In this document: piece by piece, positions 23,836 through 32,629 of the stretch
Numbering within the stretch: the first letter of the stretch is position 1
Layout: every line of letters begins with the position of its first letter
Source of the DNA: Elusimicrobiales bacterium
Lineage (GTDB): Bacteria > Elusimicrobiota > Elusimicrobia > Elusimicrobiales > UBA9959
Length of the DNA: 64,000 bases
Direction: 5' to 3'
NCBI GenBank assembly: GCA_023701245.1
Contig: JAMPXK010000006.1
Coordinates: 3,152-67,151, forward strand
Notes under the pieces: generated by a model
The model's input: the letters and a program-made list of their open reading frames with translations, nothing else
What the model was told of the DNA's origin: nothing
The model's database searches: none
Made by a program: the position numbers and the translations under genes

Positions 23836-24348
23836 TTACACCCCCTCCTTGAAGTACCAGTCGAAGAGGAACGAGGCTTTCATGCCTTTCACTACCCTGG
23901 AATTCATGACCTGGTCCCGGAATTTTTCGTTGTAGAAGACCCCGAAACGGCGGCCGGCGAAATAGACCGGGACAAAGAGCGCCGCGCCCGCGGTCAGGCC
24001 TCCCAGCAGTACCGTGTTATTGAAGGCGGTCCAGGGCAGTACCGGCATATTGTAGAGCGCGGTCCACAGCGGGGCCAGAGCGTCGGCCGTCAGCAGTGCG
24101 TAGCCGAGCGGGTCGGTAAGTTTGTCCGCCAGCGGGTTGACGAAGGAGACCAGGAACATGGCGATGAGGCCCATGGGGATGTTCACCTTGAGCGCCATGA
24201 GCAGCACCAGCAGCAGTTGCGCCGTCAGGTTGCCCTTGGGGATGAGGCCTATTACGAAGCCGAGCGCGATGCCCCAGCCTATCTGGGACGGATCGGTATC
24301 GGAGGTGAGGCCTTTGATGAATTGACGCAGGATTCCTAGTGGGTTCAT
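23836..24348 (-). CDS. Small polytopic membrane protein, DUF2062/TIGR03546-like
   Basis: Start set to ATG 24348 (MNPLGILRQF...). Has 3-4 predicted TM helices. The stop abuts the start of the 589-aa gene (1-nt gap). Confidence 0.55.
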   Translation of the reverse strand: MNPLGILRQFIKGLTSDTDPSQIGWGIALGFVIGLIPKGNLTAQLLLVLLMALKVNIPMGLIAMFLVSFVNPLADKLTDPLGYALLTADALAPLWTALYNMPVLPWTAFNNTVLLGGLTAGAALFVPVYFAGRRFGVFYNEKFRDQVMNSRVVKGMKASFLFDWYFKEGV

Positions 24349-24400
24349 CCTTAAAATATATAAAACATCGCCGGCCTCGGCAAGCCGGTTCTGCCGGTTT

Positions 24401-24991
24401 TTGTATAATTTGGGCGTGGCAAACTTGGAACTCCTGCTTATAGCGCTCGGCCTCTCTATGGACGCCTTCGCGGTCGCCGTGGCCAGCGGCGCTACCATGA
24501 AGCGCCTGCACCTGCCTCACGCCCTGAAGATGGGTTTTTTCTTCGGCGCCTTCCAGGCCCTTATGCCGGTGCTGGGCTGGCTGGCCGGGCTGGGGATGCG
24601 GAGCTTTATCTCCGGCGTGGACCATTGGATAGCTTTCGTCCTGCTGACCGGTATAGGCGGGAAGATGCTTTACGAGGCTTTCCGGATAAAGGAAGAGGAA
24701 GACTGCGGCGGGCCCAAGACCTGTCCTTTCGATAACGGGACCCTGACGGTACTGGCCATCGCCACCAGCATAGACGCGCTGGCGGTCGGCATAACTTTCT
24801 CGGTGCTGCAGGTCTCCATAATCTCGCCGGTCCTGGTGATAGGCCTGGTGACCTTCCTGATGTCCGTCGCCGGGGTTAAAATGGGGTCCGCCGGCGGCCA
24901 TTTCTTCGAACATAAAATGGAAGCCGCCGGCGGGTTGATCCTGATCGCAATAGGGCTGAAGATCCTGCTCGGGCACCTCGGGGTCTTTTAA
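24401..24991 (+). CDS. mntP: Manganese efflux pump MntP
   Basis: Duplicated SMDAF / SIDAL(A) motifs (LSMDAFAVAVA, TSIDALAVGIT) and six hydrophobic segments. The start is uncertain: TTG 24401 overlaps a TATAAT box, and GTG 24416 is more likely. Confidence 0.8.
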   Translation: MYNLGVANLELLLIALGLSMDAFAVAVASGATMKRLHLPHALKMGFFFGAFQALMPVLGWLAGLGMRSFISGVDHWIAFVLLTGIGGKMLYEAFRIKEEEDCGGPKTCPFDNGTLTVLAIATSIDALAVGITFSVLQVSIISPVLVIGLVTFLMSVAGVKMGSAGGHFFEHKMEAAGGLILIAIGLKILLGHLGVF

Positions 24992-24994
24992 CCC

Positions 24995-25684
24995 TTACTT
25001 GTCCTTTTCCCTGAACCACTTCTCCTTGCCATAGAGCTTCTGTATGCAGTCCTCGCACAGGCCGTGCGTAAAGCGCGCGTTGGACCGTTCCTCCAGGTAA
25101 ACCTCCACTTTCTGCCAGAAGCCTTTGTCGTCGCGGATCTTCTTGCAGTTGGCGCAGATGGGGATGAGCCCCTGCAGGGTCCGGACTTCCTTCAGGGTAT
25201 CCTCCAACTGGGCGTTCTTGCTGATGATCTGGATGTGACCGGTCACTATCTCGCTGAATTCCTCCATCAGGCGGACGATAGGGCCCTCGAAGTTGTTGGG
25301 TTTTTTGTCGAACAGGCAGATGCTGCCGAAGATGTCCCCGTCGGGATTGAAGATCGGCACGCCGGCGTAGGCGACAAAGCCCGCCCTGGCGCCTTCGCTA
25401 TCCTTCCAGAAATCGCTTTTGGTGGCGTCCGGGATGATGAGCTTTTCCCTGGCCTGGATGACGGCCGCGCAGTAGATGCGCAGGCCCTGGCCCATGTCTA
25501 TTCGGGCGTCTTCCTTGAAGGTGGCGTCATTGCCCTGGCTTGCCCCGATTATGCGCAGGGAATTGTCCTCCACGATATTGATGGTGGCGGCGGGCACCTG
25601 CGCCACCTGGGCCAGCAGGTCCGCGATGTTGCGCCACTTGAGGACGGCTATGTCCGGGATCTGTGCGTGTTTCTTTTCGGGCAT
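24995..25684 (-). CDS. GAF-domain protein with C-terminal Cys/His (zinc-ribbon-like) module
   Basis: 229 aa. GAF-like body (FVAYAGVPIFNPDGDIFGSICLFD) followed by IPICANCKKIRDDKGFWQKVEVYLEERSNARFTHGLCEDC. Last gene of the TonB-receptor/kinase operon. Confidence 0.7.
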   Translation of the reverse strand: MPEKKHAQIPDIAVLKWRNIADLLAQVAQVPAATINIVEDNSLRIIGASQGNDATFKEDARIDMGQGLRIYCAAVIQAREKLIIPDATKSDFWKDSEGARAGFVAYAGVPIFNPDGDIFGSICLFDKKPNNFEGPIVRLMEEFSEIVTGHIQIISKNAQLEDTLKEVRTLQGLIPICANCKKIRDDKGFWQKVEVYLEERSNARFTHGLCEDCIQKLYGKEKWFREKDK

Positions 25685-25693
25685 GGTTGCTTC

Positions 25694-26137
25694 CTAGACC
25701 GGCAGCTTTGAAACCGTGGCCCAGTACATCTCGAAGCGGCGGGCCAGTTCGAGGAATTCCTCCAGGGAGGCGGGCTTGGTGATGTAGGAGGCCGCCCCGT
25801 TCTCGTAGCTGCGCACGATGTCCTCGTGGCGCGAGGAGGTGGTCAGCATGACCACGGGGATGCCGCGCAGGGCGGGGTCGCCCTTCAGGCGCTTGAGCAC
25901 CGTCATCCCGTCCATGAGGGGCAGGGTGATGTCCAGCAGTATCAGCGCCGGCTTGAAGGGTTTTTTTCCCGTATGGCGCCCGGAGGCGGCCAGCAGGTCC
26001 AGCGCTTCCTGGCCGTCACGGGCCACCTGCACGTCGTTGATGACCTTGAATTCCTTGAAGGCGCGCTGCGCTATAAGTACGTCGTCCTCGTTGTCCTCCA
26101 CCAGCAGTATGCTGAGGTTTTCCTGTTCGTTCGCCAT
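25694..26137 (-). CDS. Single-domain response regulator (REC only)
   Basis: 147 aa. ILLVEDNEDD and LILLDITLPLMDG motifs, KP at the expected position, no output domain. Confidence 0.85.
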   Translation of the reverse strand: MANEQENLSILLVEDNEDDVLIAQRAFKEFKVINDVQVARDGQEALDLLAASGRHTGKKPFKPALILLDITLPLMDGMTVLKRLKGDPALRGIPVVMLTTSSRHEDIVRSYENGAASYITKPASLEEFLELARRFEMYWATVSKLPV

Positions 26138-26154
26138 GGGGTGTGCTCTCCTTG

Positions 26155-27996
26155 TTAAGGTCTGTTCCTGAGGTCGGCGGGTATCAGGAAGTAGAATACG
26201 GATCCCGCCCCCTCTTTCGACTCCACCCAGACCTTGCCGCCGTGTTCTTCCACGATCTTTTTGACTATAGCCAGTCCCGCGCCCGTTCCCCCGCCGAACT
26301 CCTGGCGGGAATGCAGGCGCTTGAACATCTTGAAGATCTCCTCGTAGTACTGGGCGGGAATGCCTATGCCGTTGTCGCTTACTGAAAATTTCCAGTAGTA
26401 TTCCCCGAACCTCTCCGCCGCTACCCGCACACTCGGGGCCGTGCTGGTATTGTACTTCAGGGCGTTGGCTATAAGGTTCTGAAAGACCTGGCGCAGTTTG
26501 ACCGGGTCGCCGAAGAGCGTGGGCAGCCCCGGCGCCAGCGTTATCTGCGCCTTCTTCTCCTCTATGGCGCTGGCCAGGCTGGCCTCCGCTTCGGCGGCCA
26601 GGACGGCGGTGGAGGTGTCTTCGTACGGGTTGCGCACCCGCGCCAGGCGCGCGTAGCTCAGCAGGTCGTCTATCAAGCGCCGCATTCTCGAGGAGGCTTT
26701 GGAGATCCTGCCCAGGTAGTCGGCCGCCTGGGGTTCCAGCTTCTTGGCGAAATCGGCCAGCAGGATATTGGAGAACATCTCTATGCCGCGCAGCGGCTCT
26801 TTGAGGTCGTGGGAAACGGTGTGGGCGAAGGCGTCCAGTTCGCTGTTGACCATTTCCACTTCTTTAAGGTACTGCGTGAGTTTTGCTTCCGACTGCTTGT
26901 GCTGGGTGGTGTCCTTGAGTATGATGACCGCTTCGCGGCGGCCCGCCCCCCCGGTGAAGGCGGCCGACAGCATGACCGGGATGCGGCTGCCGTCTCCGGC
27001 CTTGAAAAGCAGGTCCATCTCCTTGGTGTGCCCGGTCCAGGACAGCAGGCTGAAAGGTTCCACGCCGCCGTCGGCCTGCGGTTCCAGGAGGTCCTTGATG
27101 TTCAGCGGGGTCTTGAAGTCGTGCCCCGAGAAGACGTGGGCGGCCATGTTGGCCTTCAGGATCTTACCCTCCTCGTCCGTGATGATAAGGGGGTCCGGCA
27201 TGCTCTCCAGCAGGGAATCCAGGTACTGCTTGGAAACCGTGGTCTCGGCCAGGCCTTTGGCCAGCTTATTGAAACTGATAGCTACGTCGCCGAGTTCGTC
27301 TCCGGAGATGACGGGGATGAGCACGTTGTAGTCCCCGTCGCGTACCTTGCGTATGCCGGTGCGCAGCTGGTTGAGCTGCCCGAGGACTATGCGCACGAAC
27401 AGGGCCGACAGCCCCAGCGCCGCGGCCGCGATAAGGACCGCGATTAGGATCAGCCTGTAGATGATGGAGGTTTCCGCCTTTTTGGCGTGCGTGAGCGGCA
27501 GGCCGGCGTACAGGAAGCCGGCCGGGGCCGCCCCGCCCCCGAGCCCCTCGAAAAGGATATCCTCGTTGGAAGGCTTATCCTTCTTGCGCAGGGGCAGCAG
27601 GATCTCCACCGTTTCTTCCCCGTTGTAATCGGCCCGGCGGAAACGGGCCTTTTCTACCGGAGAGGGCGAGTCGAAAAGCCGGCTTTTAAGGACGGTGCCG
27701 GTAAGGGCCACGTTGGTGTGCGCCACGATGGTCCCGTCCGTGGCGACTACGGCGGCGTAGAGGGCCCCGGTCTTCTGCCCGAACAGGTGCAGGGCCTTTA
27801 TCGCTTCAAGTTCGCTGCGGGCGGCCAGGGCTTTCTGCAGGGGCGCGGAAACGTCGCCGGCGGCCGCCGCGGCGTTATCCGTTATCTGGGCGCTCAGGGC
27901 CTCCGTGACGGCCTTGCCGGAAAAATGGATGTTCACCCACAGCGAGACGCCCACCAGCACGAGGATAAAAGAGAAGATCTTGAAATGGAGTTTCAT
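26155..27996 (-). CDS. Sensor histidine kinase (periplasmic Cache-like domain, HAMP, PAS, HisKA, HATPase_c)
   Basis: Two TM segments flank a periplasmic region of about 170 aa. H-box VSHDLKEPL; N/G boxes LIANALKYN, DNGIGI, GGTGAGLA. Start ATG 27996 overlaps the upstream stop (ATGA). Confidence 0.85.
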   Translation of the reverse strand: MKLHFKIFSFILVLVGVSLWVNIHFSGKAVTEALSAQITDNAAAAAGDVSAPLQKALAARSELEAIKALHLFGQKTGALYAAVVATDGTIVAHTNVALTGTVLKSRLFDSPSPVEKARFRRADYNGEETVEILLPLRKKDKPSNEDILFEGLGGGAAPAGFLYAGLPLTHAKKAETSIIYRLILIAVLIAAAALGLSALFVRIVLGQLNQLRTGIRKVRDGDYNVLIPVISGDELGDVAISFNKLAKGLAETTVSKQYLDSLLESMPDPLIITDEEGKILKANMAAHVFSGHDFKTPLNIKDLLEPQADGGVEPFSLLSWTGHTKEMDLLFKAGDGSRIPVMLSAAFTGGAGRREAVIILKDTTQHKQSEAKLTQYLKEVEMVNSELDAFAHTVSHDLKEPLRGIEMFSNILLADFAKKLEPQAADYLGRISKASSRMRRLIDDLLSYARLARVRNPYEDTSTAVLAAEAEASLASAIEEKKAQITLAPGLPTLFGDPVKLRQVFQNLIANALKYNTSTAPSVRVAAERFGEYYWKFSVSDNGIGIPAQYYEEIFKMFKRLHSRQEFGGGTGAGLAIVKKIVEEHGGKVWVESKEGAGSVFYFLIPADLRNRP

Positions 27997-28865
27997 GGGA
28001 AGAGGTAATTGGCCCGGCGCAGTATCTCGGGGGTGAGCTGCAGCTTGCACTTGCGGGCTGCGGAGGCGTTCAGCGTAAGTTCCACCGCCGGCGGGAAGAT
28101 GATCTCCGGCAGTTTTTCGCCGGCCCTGAGGGCCAGGACGGCCCGCGCCGCCGTTTCCCCCATATCCTTGAAGCTGACGCCGATGGAGGCCGCCGCCCCT
28201 TCGCGGGTCATCCCCTTGGTGGAGCCGTAGAACGGGATGCCGTTGTCCCAGGAGAAGTCCCGCATGATCATCAGATTTTCCGGGGTCAGCAGCAGCGGGT
28301 CGGGAGGGAGCCAGAAGGCGTCGGCCGTTCCCCTGGTCTGCCGCAGCAGCGAAGGCATATCCTCTATCGAAGGCACTTTTACGGCGGTGACGGCTATGCC
28401 GTGCGCGGCGCCTTCCTTTGTCAAATTATCGTCGAAATTCCCGAAGACCGGGGTCATCCAGAAAACGCGCAGGCGCCGTATGCCTGGCTGCAGTTCCTTT
28501 ATCCTTAAAAAAATTTCCGTGAAAGAAGGGATCAGGCTGATCTTCGCGCCCTTGGTCCTGCCCGCCGGGTCGCTGACAAAGATCCCCGGAGCCATGCAGT
28601 AGACCACTTGCAGCGGGGCCGGGTAGGAATAGTTGGCCGCTTTTCCCCCGAAAGCCACCACGATGTCGGCAGCGGGCGGGAAGGAGGGTTTGCCTGCGGC
28701 CAGGTTGGAATAGGGTACCTCGCTGCCGTAAGCGGCCTGGAAAGCGGAAAAAGCTTCCATGTAGGCGCCGCCGTCGGAGGACAGTACGGCCACCGTCTCC
28801 CCGGCGAGAACGGCCGCCGGACAGGCCAGCAGCAGGCAGAGTGCCAGCGGGCGGCTAGAATTCAT
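27993..28865 (-). CDS. Periplasmic ABC-type substrate-binding-like protein (PF04392-like), no cognate permease or ATPase nearby
   Basis: 290 aa. Signal peptide, motifs DAFWLPPDP and NGIPFYG. Clear paralog of 57663-58520. Overlaps the TonB-receptor gene by 11 nt. Confidence 0.65.
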   Translation of the reverse strand: MNSSRPLALCLLLACPAAVLAGETVAVLSSDGGAYMEAFSAFQAAYGSEVPYSNLAAGKPSFPPAADIVVAFGGKAANYSYPAPLQVVYCMAPGIFVSDPAGRTKGAKISLIPSFTEIFLRIKELQPGIRRLRVFWMTPVFGNFDDNLTKEGAAHGIAVTAVKVPSIEDMPSLLRQTRGTADAFWLPPDPLLLTPENLMIMRDFSWDNGIPFYGSTKGMTREGAAASIGVSFKDMGETAARAVLALRAGEKLPEIIFPPAVELTLNASAARKCKLQLTPEILRRANYLFP

Positions 28866-30819
28866 AGGCCGCCTTCAAGAAGATCTCGCGCGAGGCGGCA
28901 GGCAGCGGCGCGTGACCGCCGGTGTAGGGCTGTATATAGGCGTAGTTGGACTTGAAGACGTCCTTTATTCCCAGGTTCAGCGTCAGGCGCGGCAGCAGGC
29001 GGTCTTTCGCCTGGAGGTTAAGGTCCGCTATAACGCGCTCTCCGAAAGACCGCAGGGCCCCGTCCCCGGCGTAGCCGTAGCGGCGGGACAGGTAAATGGC
29101 CGAAGGGTTGGCGCTGAAGCCCTTGCCAAGGGGCAGGGAGGCGCCGGCGACGAACTTATGCCGGGGAAAGCCCAGCAGGCAGCTGCCGTGTGCCGGAACG
29201 CTGTAGACGTCCACCCGGTTGCCGCGGGCGGCGTAGGTCTGGTAGGCCAGGTCGGCGCGGTAAGTGCCGCTCTTGAATTTAACCGCCACGCCCATGCCCC
29301 GCGTGCCGGTCCTGTCGTAATTGCGGTAGGTTTCCGCGTTGTTGACGTAGGTGAAGATTATCGGCCGCTTTATGGTGGTCTGGAAGAGATTGGCGGAGAA
29401 GTACAGCGTTTCCGAGGCCTTATAGCCGGCTTCCAGTTCCGCGGAGGTGGCCTTTTCGGGCTTGATCTCTATCCCGTTGTCCGAGGCCAGGCGGATGTTC
29501 TCTATGGCCGGGGCGCGGAAAGCCTGGCTGTAGATGGCCTTGAAGTTGAAATCGTTGAACAGCCGGGTGACGGCGAAACGCGGCACCAGCGAGGCGCCGT
29601 ACTGGGAGTGTTTGTCGTAGCGGGCGCCGACCACAAAATTGGCGGCGGCGGGATTGAAACTGCCCTGGCCGAAGAAAGCGTAATTGTCGAAGTTCGCCTC
29701 CTCCTTGCCGCTAGCGTACCGGGAGGGCGCGGCGGTGAGCTCGTCCACCTTCACCCCGTCGTGAAAGTACTCGCCGCCGGCCAGCACTTCGGCGCCGGTC
29801 CCGAAGCTCCGGAAGGCCGTGAACGCCGCGGTGACGCGCTGCGTCTTCTTGTCGTAGGCGAAATATTCGTCCTTTTCAAGCCAGGCCATGGTCCTGGCGT
29901 AGCTGAGGCGCGGCTCCAGCTTTACCAGCCAGGGCAGGTACAGGGTGTGCTTGAATTCCGCGAAAACGGAAGGGAACTGCACCTTGGCGGACCCGGTGGA
30001 AAGCACTTCCCCGAAATGGTCCCTCTCCCGAAGGGTGTAGCTGTCGAGGATGAGGCGCAGGGAAGTGTCTTTGCCGGCCGCCTGCAGGTTGAGGCTGCGG
30101 GGGCGCAGGTCGGAGGCGCGGTTCATGCTGTAGGAGGTCCCGGAGAAATCCGTGTAGCGGCGGTCGCTGCGCTGGGCTTCTCCCCAGTGGGCCTTGCCGG
30201 AGATCTCGGTGCCGTTGAAAACCTTGCCGAAGGCGTAGCCGGCGTAATTGCGGGCCCTGGCGCGCTCGCCCTGGCCGTAGGCCGCGTAGGCGAGGCTGCC
30301 GTCCAGCGCCCTGGCCGTGCGGGTGCGGATATTGATCACGGCCAGCTCCGCGAAACCGCCGTAGAGGGCGGAGCCGGGACCTTTTATGATCTCTATCTCT
30401 TCTATCTGGTCCACGGGAAAACGGTCGAACTGTACTGTGGAATAGAGGGGTTCGTTGTAGCTCTGGCCGTCCCACATCAGCAGGACCTTGCCTTCGTTGC
30501 CCCAGTTGCCGCGCACCCCGAGGCCCAGGTTGCCCTGGACGTCCATGCCGAAGTCGAATTCCGGGACCAGTTTCAGGACGTCCGTCAGGTCCCGCGCACC
30601 GAGGGCCTGGATCTCTTCCCTGGTGATAACGGCTACCAGTCCGGGCGTTTCACGCAGGCCCATGGCGCTGCGGCTGGCCACCGAAGTCTTTATATTGAGG
30701 GCCTGCTCCAGGGTTGCCCGTTCGAGGCTGAAGAATTCGTCCTCATCGGTGCGCGCGGGCCACCCGGCCAGGAGCGTGCCCGGCAGCAGCAAAAGAGAGA
30801 GAATTAAAAGGCGTAGCAT
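28855..30819 (-). CDS. TonB-dependent outer-membrane receptor
   Basis: 654 aa. Signal peptide, plug motifs (ETPGLVAVITREEI, IEIIKGPGSALYG), beta-barrel repeats, C-terminal aromatic (..AAYEF). No N-terminal signalling extension. Confidence 0.85.
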   Translation of the reverse strand: MLRLLILSLLLLPGTLLAGWPARTDEDEFFSLERATLEQALNIKTSVASRSAMGLRETPGLVAVITREEIQALGARDLTDVLKLVPEFDFGMDVQGNLGLGVRGNWGNEGKVLLMWDGQSYNEPLYSTVQFDRFPVDQIEEIEIIKGPGSALYGGFAELAVINIRTRTARALDGSLAYAAYGQGERARARNYAGYAFGKVFNGTEISGKAHWGEAQRSDRRYTDFSGTSYSMNRASDLRPRSLNLQAAGKDTSLRLILDSYTLRERDHFGEVLSTGSAKVQFPSVFAEFKHTLYLPWLVKLEPRLSYARTMAWLEKDEYFAYDKKTQRVTAAFTAFRSFGTGAEVLAGGEYFHDGVKVDELTAAPSRYASGKEEANFDNYAFFGQGSFNPAAANFVVGARYDKHSQYGASLVPRFAVTRLFNDFNFKAIYSQAFRAPAIENIRLASDNGIEIKPEKATSAELEAGYKASETLYFSANLFQTTIKRPIIFTYVNNAETYRNYDRTGTRGMGVAVKFKSGTYRADLAYQTYAARGNRVDVYSVPAHGSCLLGFPRHKFVAGASLPLGKGFSANPSAIYLSRRYGYAGDGALRSFGERVIADLNLQAKDRLLPRLTLNLGIKDVFKSNYAYIQPYTGGHAPLPAASREIFLKAAYEF

Positions 30820-30849
30820 GGTCCCCCCACGGGCGGCGTCTCCGGGCGG

Positions 30850-31044
30850 TCAGGGCGCGGGCCGGCGCGGCACGATGATGACGGCGGCCGCGTAGGCTAT
30901 GACGCCCGGGATGATGGCGGTCGCGAGCAGGAGGAATACGAATCCCAGGCGCAGCACCACCGGGTCCACTTCGAAATACTCTCCCAGCCCCCCGAGTATC
31001 CCGGCGAAGACTTTATTGGTGTCGCTTCGGTAAAGACGCTTCAT
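30850..31044 (-). CDS. PspC-domain small membrane protein
   Basis: 64 aa. MKRLYRSDTNKVFAGILGGLGEYFEVDPVVLRLGFV is the PspC domain signature, followed by one TM helix. Confidence 0.8.
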   Translation of the reverse strand: MKRLYRSDTNKVFAGILGGLGEYFEVDPVVLRLGFVFLLLATAIIPGVIAYAAAVIIVPRRPAP

Positions 31045-31127
31045 AGCGGATATTCTAATATATTATCACCGGCAACGCTTGCTTTTTCTGGGCCAAGGCG
31101 GCCGGCAAAATTGTAAGATTACGGGTA

Positions 31128-32555
31128 ATGGTCCGGGACGTCATCATCATAGGGGCCGGTATAAGCGGCGCGGCCATAGCCCGGGAGCTTTCCCGCTACC
31201 GGCTCAAGGTGCTTCTTCTGGAGAAGGAGGCCGAGCCGGCCTTCGGCGTTTCCAAATCCAACAGCGGCATCATCCACGCCGGCACGCAGAACCCGCCGTC
31301 TTCCCTTAAAGGCTGGCTGTGCGTGGAAGGCAACCGCCTGCTGCGCGAGGAACTCGCCGCGGACCTGGGACTCCATTTCGTGCAGTGCGGCCAGCTGATA
31401 GTCGTTTTCGACCTGGCGGACCTGCCGGAACTGGATAAGATCAAGGCCGAAGGCGAGGCCCTGGGCGTAAAAGGCCTGGAAATAGTGGACCGCGCCTGGC
31501 TGGACGCCAGGGAGCCCAATCTCGGCCCCGAAGTAAAGGCGGCGCTCTACGTTCCCAGCGCCGGCATCATAAGCCCCTACCGCTTCGTTTACGCCCTGGT
31601 GGAGAACGCCGTGCGCAACGGTGTCCGCCTGGAAACTTCCTCCAGGGTGACCGCGGTAAGGCGCCGCCCCGAAGGTTTCGAGGTGGTCGCCGGCGGCCAG
31701 GTTTTCCGTTCCAGGTTCGTGGTCAACGCCGCCGGCCTCTACGCGGACGAAGTCTCCGCCATGGCGGGAGCCCCGACCTTTAAGATAACGCCGCGCAAGG
31801 GCGAAGAGTACCTGCTCGATAAGAAGCGCGAGCATATCGCCAACCATATTATTTTCCCCCTGCCTTCGAAGACGTCCAAAGGCATTCTCATAATCAAGAC
31901 CTCGGACGGGAACCCGATGATAGGTCCCACCGCGCACGAGACGCCGGACAAAGAGGACCTGGCCACCACCGACGCGGGGCTGGCCGAGGTGCTGGCCGGC
32001 GCCCGGCGTATGATGCCCTCACTCGACCGGTCCGACATCATCGCCTACTTCGCCGGCCTGCGGCCGGCCTCCGGCAAGGACTTCATCATCCGTCACGAAG
32101 ACGCCGTGCCCGGGCTGGTGAACGTGGCCGGGATCCAATCCCCCGGCCTGACCTCCGCGCCGGCTATCGCGGTGATGGTGGCCGGCCTGCTGAAGGAGCG
32201 CGGCCTGCCCCTGACGCCGAAAGAAGAATTCCACCGCCTGCGCCCGCGCCCCGTGCACCTCTTCCAGGTGCCGTTGGAGGAGACGGCGCGGCTGATAGAG
32301 AAAGATCCCTCCTACGGCGACATAGTCTGCCGCTGCGAACTCGTCTCTGCGCAGGAGGTGCGCGACGCTATCAGGCGCGGCGCCCGCACCCTCGACGGCG
32401 TAAAGTTCCGCACCAGGGCGCAGTCCGGCCGCTGCCACGGCGGATTCTGCACCACGCGCATCATCAAACTCATGCAGGAAGAACTGGGCCTGCCCGTTAC
32501 CGCCGTCTCCAAGCGCGGCCCCGGGTCCGAACTCATAAAGGACGAACGCAAATGA
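31128..32555 (+). CDS. FAD-dependent oxidoreductase, GlpA-like (glycerol-3-phosphate dehydrogenase family) with BFD-like [2Fe-2S] domain
   Basis: Dinucleotide fold VIIIGAGISGAA. C-terminal CRCELVS...GRCHGGFC. Followed by the usual second flavoprotein and a DUF1667 gene. Confidence 0.75.
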   Translation: MVRDVIIIGAGISGAAIARELSRYRLKVLLLEKEAEPAFGVSKSNSGIIHAGTQNPPSSLKGWLCVEGNRLLREELAADLGLHFVQCGQLIVVFDLADLPELDKIKAEGEALGVKGLEIVDRAWLDAREPNLGPEVKAALYVPSAGIISPYRFVYALVENAVRNGVRLETSSRVTAVRRRPEGFEVVAGGQVFRSRFVVNAAGLYADEVSAMAGAPTFKITPRKGEEYLLDKKREHIANHIIFPLPSKTSKGILIIKTSDGNPMIGPTAHETPDKEDLATTDAGLAEVLAGARRMMPSLDRSDIIAYFAGLRPASGKDFIIRHEDAVPGLVNVAGIQSPGLTSAPAIAVMVAGLLKERGLPLTPKEEFHRLRPRPVHLFQVPLEETARLIEKDPSYGDIVCRCELVSAQEVRDAIRRGARTLDGVKFRTRAQSGRCHGGFCTTRIIKLMQEELGLPVTAVSKRGPGSELIKDERK

Positions 32556-32629
32556 ACCCTATCTATCTCCGGCACGGCAGTTCCAGGACCCGCAGGTTCC
32601 TGCGCGGGAACTAGGCGGCGCTTCGCACT

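Noticed and set aside
24349-24416. A yybP-ykoY manganese riboswitch upstream of mntP.
   Set aside because: Only about 50-65 nt separate the upstream gene start from the mntP start, and a TATAAT box occupies 24404-24409. There is no room for a riboswitch of about 100 nt or more, and none of its conserved segments is visible.
32556-32629. Alternative hairpins in the 74-nt gap between the two flavoprotein genes (AGTTCC / GGTTCC both able to pair with GGAACT around a TGCGCG loop) as a possible attenuator or a diverged member of the hairpin-element family.
   Set aside because: The stems are only 5-6 bp. There is no long outer arm, no shared core sequence with type 1 or type 2, and no T-tract. This is insufficient evidence for either interpretation.
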